A stretch of DNA of 64,000 nt from Macrostomum lignano (Eukaryota): contig NIVC01001813.1 in assembly GCA_002269645.1 (NCBI GenBank), forward strand, positions 124,001-188,000, written 5' to 3'. The notes beneath the pieces were generated by a model that ran no database searches, was not told where the DNA came from, and worked only from the letters and a program-made list of their open reading frames with translations. A program made the position numbers and the translations under genes. Below are positions 60,871 through 64,000 of this stretch, in pieces; position 1 is the first letter of the stretch; each line of letters begins with the position of its first letter.

Positions 60871-62977
60871 TGAGTACTAAGACCTAAGATTTTGAATATT
60901 GCCTATTTTTACCTTGAATTTAAAATTTTGAAATTTTAAAAATTTGAACTTCACCTTGAATGTTATAGTTACAGTAGGCCTATAAAATAGTTTTATAGCA
61001 TGAGTTAATTTTGACATCTTTATTTTTATATTCTATAGGACAAATGTAAAGGGATCGTAAGATGAAAGAATGCCATAGTTTTAAAGCATGAGTTAATTTT
61101 GACATCTTTATTTTTAATTATAATTTTTATATAGGCCATGGACATAGCTAATAGCATATAAAGAGTATATATCTTAGGCATTGATCATAGAAATATTACT
61201 TATGAGTGTAGTTTTAATTTGAGATTTTTATTAATCTTTTTTATGGGTTAGGACACAGAAAAGTTGCATAGAAATGGCACATAGATAGTGCATAGATTTC
61301 CTTCTAAAAATGTATTCTGCAGTTCATATTATTATCTTGATTATGGATTGGTAAAAATAGAGCTATAAAAGAGTTGAAGTAATAATTAAGCTGTTTCACT
61401 GTGTCTGTATTATGGCTGTAATCTCTTTGCCTATAGGAGCAGATCTAGAAAACATTTGAGGTGGCCAACCTATATGATATTAAGCCATTTTAAAAATAAT
61501 ATAGTAGCTAAAAATTATAAAATATAGTGAAGTACATGGTAACAATTTCATATACTTGTAGTATAGACATGTATAGTGAAGTGACGGTTGTCTGGTTTGT
61601 GAGCTGGGTAACTGTGGGGGGCTTGTTTATTTAACTTCGCTTAGTCACCTTGTTTGCAGCTTGCAATCTGCGTGTACTCAGTAAATCATTGTGTACTCTA
61701 TGCGTACTCTACTCTGTTCCACGTGCATCATTGCGCTAGCCATTGCCTCACCCCTTAAGTCTCTACCATTTTGTACTCTCTCCACTCACGGTGTCAGTGC
61801 ATCTGTGAAATCCAATATTTACAATATTTAAGCTATTTCTCTCGGTCTTCAACTCATCAAGTACCTAAGCTATTTTACAAATATATCGCAAGCATTCACA
61901 TTCGTTGTTAAACAACAATCAGCTCCTGACTTTCGCATCATGTCATATAGAATGTATGTGTACTAGGGATTTTTTCTCTATATTTACGAATTGTCCTAAA
62001 GCTGTTACTGAGTTGTACTAGGGCTATACTTCTTTCTATATTAAATGTCCTATTGTTGTTGGCTGCCACCAAGACTATTCTATTAATAAATTATAATCCG
62101 AGTCTAAGTATATATCCAAGTATTTGTCTGGTTATTTATCTAAGCATTAGTCTGAGTATATACTACTATTTAGCCATTACAAGTATCATTCTTCTGTTAT
62201 TCTAGTAGTGTTCTACTAGTAATTTGGCCTGAGTGGTGTATTGGTCTACGGGTATGTGTACTTTATGTATTTCTAGTCCCAGGCATTACCAAGATCAAAG
62301 GGTCACAGCCTCTGTTTATTCTTGTATGTATCAATTTAGGATCTACTTTGTTTTTTTCTACTACTTTACCTCTCAGTAGTATATACTATATATGCTTTGG
62401 TCTATTTCACTCTACTCTGCAAATAATTGACTTGAAATACACTTCTTGAATATTTCTTGAAAACTCACTATTATATGTTCACTATTAATCTTGCTTTGAG
62501 ACTTGAGTCCGCAAACAAAGTTGCCTCTTCTGGCTCCAAAAACTCATCTATTTATACTAGCTTTGATTGTTGTTTGAAACAAAAAATAAATTAGAGAAAT
62601 ATTTCTGAAAATATGAATAGTAAAAAAGTTTTTCTTAGTTTTGTGCGAGTTTGAAATGCGTACAGACAGATGATTTTGTACATAAAATGAGAGGGGCTTT
62701 TTACACATGTATATCATACAATTCTACCTCATATTATACCACACCAAGCTATGGTTAAATAAATGGGAGATTCAAGCAAAAACCCTTTATTGTTAATTAA
62801 AATGCCAAAAAACCTTTTTGGTAGGTTTGGGCCAACAAAACCTTTTTGGTAGGTTTGGGCCAACAAAACCTTTTTGGGATATCATGTGTAGCACTATGCA
62901 ATGTGCATTTATGCCATTAATTCTGGCCCCAATTCTGATCATATAAACAATTAAATTAAATCATTGTTTTCTGTCAG

Positions 62978-63687
62978 ACTTGACTCATCAGGGTTCAGGC
63001 ATTGTTGCCACTAGCCAATCAGGCTTGGAATCTGTGGCTGCCATTGTGCAAGAAATTCTAGCTCTACAATTGCGGCGGTGCTTGGCTCATGACCAGCTGA
63101 GTAGGGCATTTCGTCGTTATCTTAGTTCTGCTACTGACACAGGAGCTGGCGCTGACTCAGGTGCCATCGTGAGCACAAGTGCCAATGGTCACAATGGGAG
63201 CCCAGCTGACACAGGAGCTGGCGCTGACTCAGGTGCCATCGTGAGCACAAGTGCCAATGGTCACAATGGGAGCCCAACTGACACAGGAGCTGGCGCTGAC
63301 TCAGGTGCCATCGTGAGCACAAGTGCCAATGGTCACAATGGGAGCCCAGCTGCCGCAAACGCAGAGACAGTTTACCTGACTGCCATCCAAGAGTGCACCA
63401 CCCAGTTCGGCAGCATTTCCAATGACTTCCTGGAGCTGATGCGGCGGCTCAGGCAGCTGGACAGCGACTCCGCGGTCAGTCAGCGGCCTGCTGAGCTGCT
63501 ACTGCGGCACGCTGAGAAGCTGCAAGACTTGGAGGCCCAGCGACTCCGCGTCACTGTAGACTGGCAGCACGCCGCTTGCCGATGCACGGACGATTCAGAT
63601 GAGCATCAGCTGCGGCTGCATCTGCGCCAGCTCGCTGATGAACTCGACGAGGTTGTGGAAGCCGTCAAACTGGACTTTGATGACTGA
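62978..63687 (+). CDS. REX1-B domain protein (REX1BD/C19orf60-like); exon has no in-frame ATG before the domain
   Basis: LQLRRCLAHDQLSRAFRRYL ... YLTAIQECTTQFGSISNDFLEL ... LQDLEAQRLRVTVDWQ ... LADELDEVVEAVKLD follows the recalled REX1-B helical pattern. Acceptors are TTTTCTGTCAG| (62977) and CATCAG| (62991). It carries an in-frame 72-bp x3 insert. Confidence 0.65.
63134..63349 (+). repeat. In-frame 72-bp x3 coding tandem repeat (24 aa)
   Basis: Copies start at 63134, 63206 and 63278 and encode DTGAGADSGAIVSTSANGHNGSP(A/T). Confidence 0.96.
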
Positions 63688-64000
63688 CGATGTCGGATGC
63701 TGATCAATTGATTGTTTATTGATAACTGTCGCTTTTAATCGTCAGGGGCGTCGCCATTGATTTTATGGTGGGGGAACAAAGGGAACAAGGGAGGGGGGTG
63801 ACTATTAAATGCCTACATGTACCTGTACATTATTTTTAGAATCGGTGTTTACAGCGCTCATTTTGGCGCCACAGGCACTCATTTTGGCGTCACAGGCCCT
63901 CATCCTTATTTTGGTGCTGCAGGTGCGGGCCCATGACAATTGCCCGCCGATATTTGCCTGCAGTGCAGATTTTGTCTGCATTGCCCTCCAATGTTTAGTA

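Noticed and set aside
63743-63760. CAGGGGCGTCGCCA, resembling a hAT MITE left TIR
   Set aside because: There is no partner TIR or TSD inside the window.

Overview
This is a eukaryotic (animal) genomic window with GC-rich, CpG-rich exons. Introns and intergenic spacers are filled with many unrelated mini/microsatellites, and there are AT-rich CpG-void blocks. This architecture suggests a free-living flatworm such as Macrostomum (inference from architecture, not verified). Eight spliced protein-coding genes can be rebuilt by hand with GT-AG introns in consistent phase. The + strand carries MRPL30, ATP6AP1 (Ac45), RTF1 and TRIP11/GMAP-210. Converging on them from the - strand are CNOT2-like, GRB2 and a divergent nuclear receptor with an atypical P-box and a 1-nt frameshift. 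A REX1-B-domain gene lies on + at the right end. Mobile DNA includes two hAT-type MITEs with perfect 8-bp TSDs, a foldback element, a tRNA-derived CORE-SINE and a Helitron-like end. Most ORFs in the supplied track are repeat-derived or antisense shadows. The most striking observations are four. (1) A 2.8-kb stretch with no CpG contains a local duplication whose copies differ almost only by CpA/TpG to TpA transitions, a RIP-like hypermutation signature. (2) The purine/pyrimidine polarity of intergenic arrays follows the direction of transcription of co-oriented gene clusters, which is operon/trans-splicing-like. (3) All 13 introns contain a tandem repeat, several built from splice-acceptor-like units, while the real acceptors are unusually CCG-rich.
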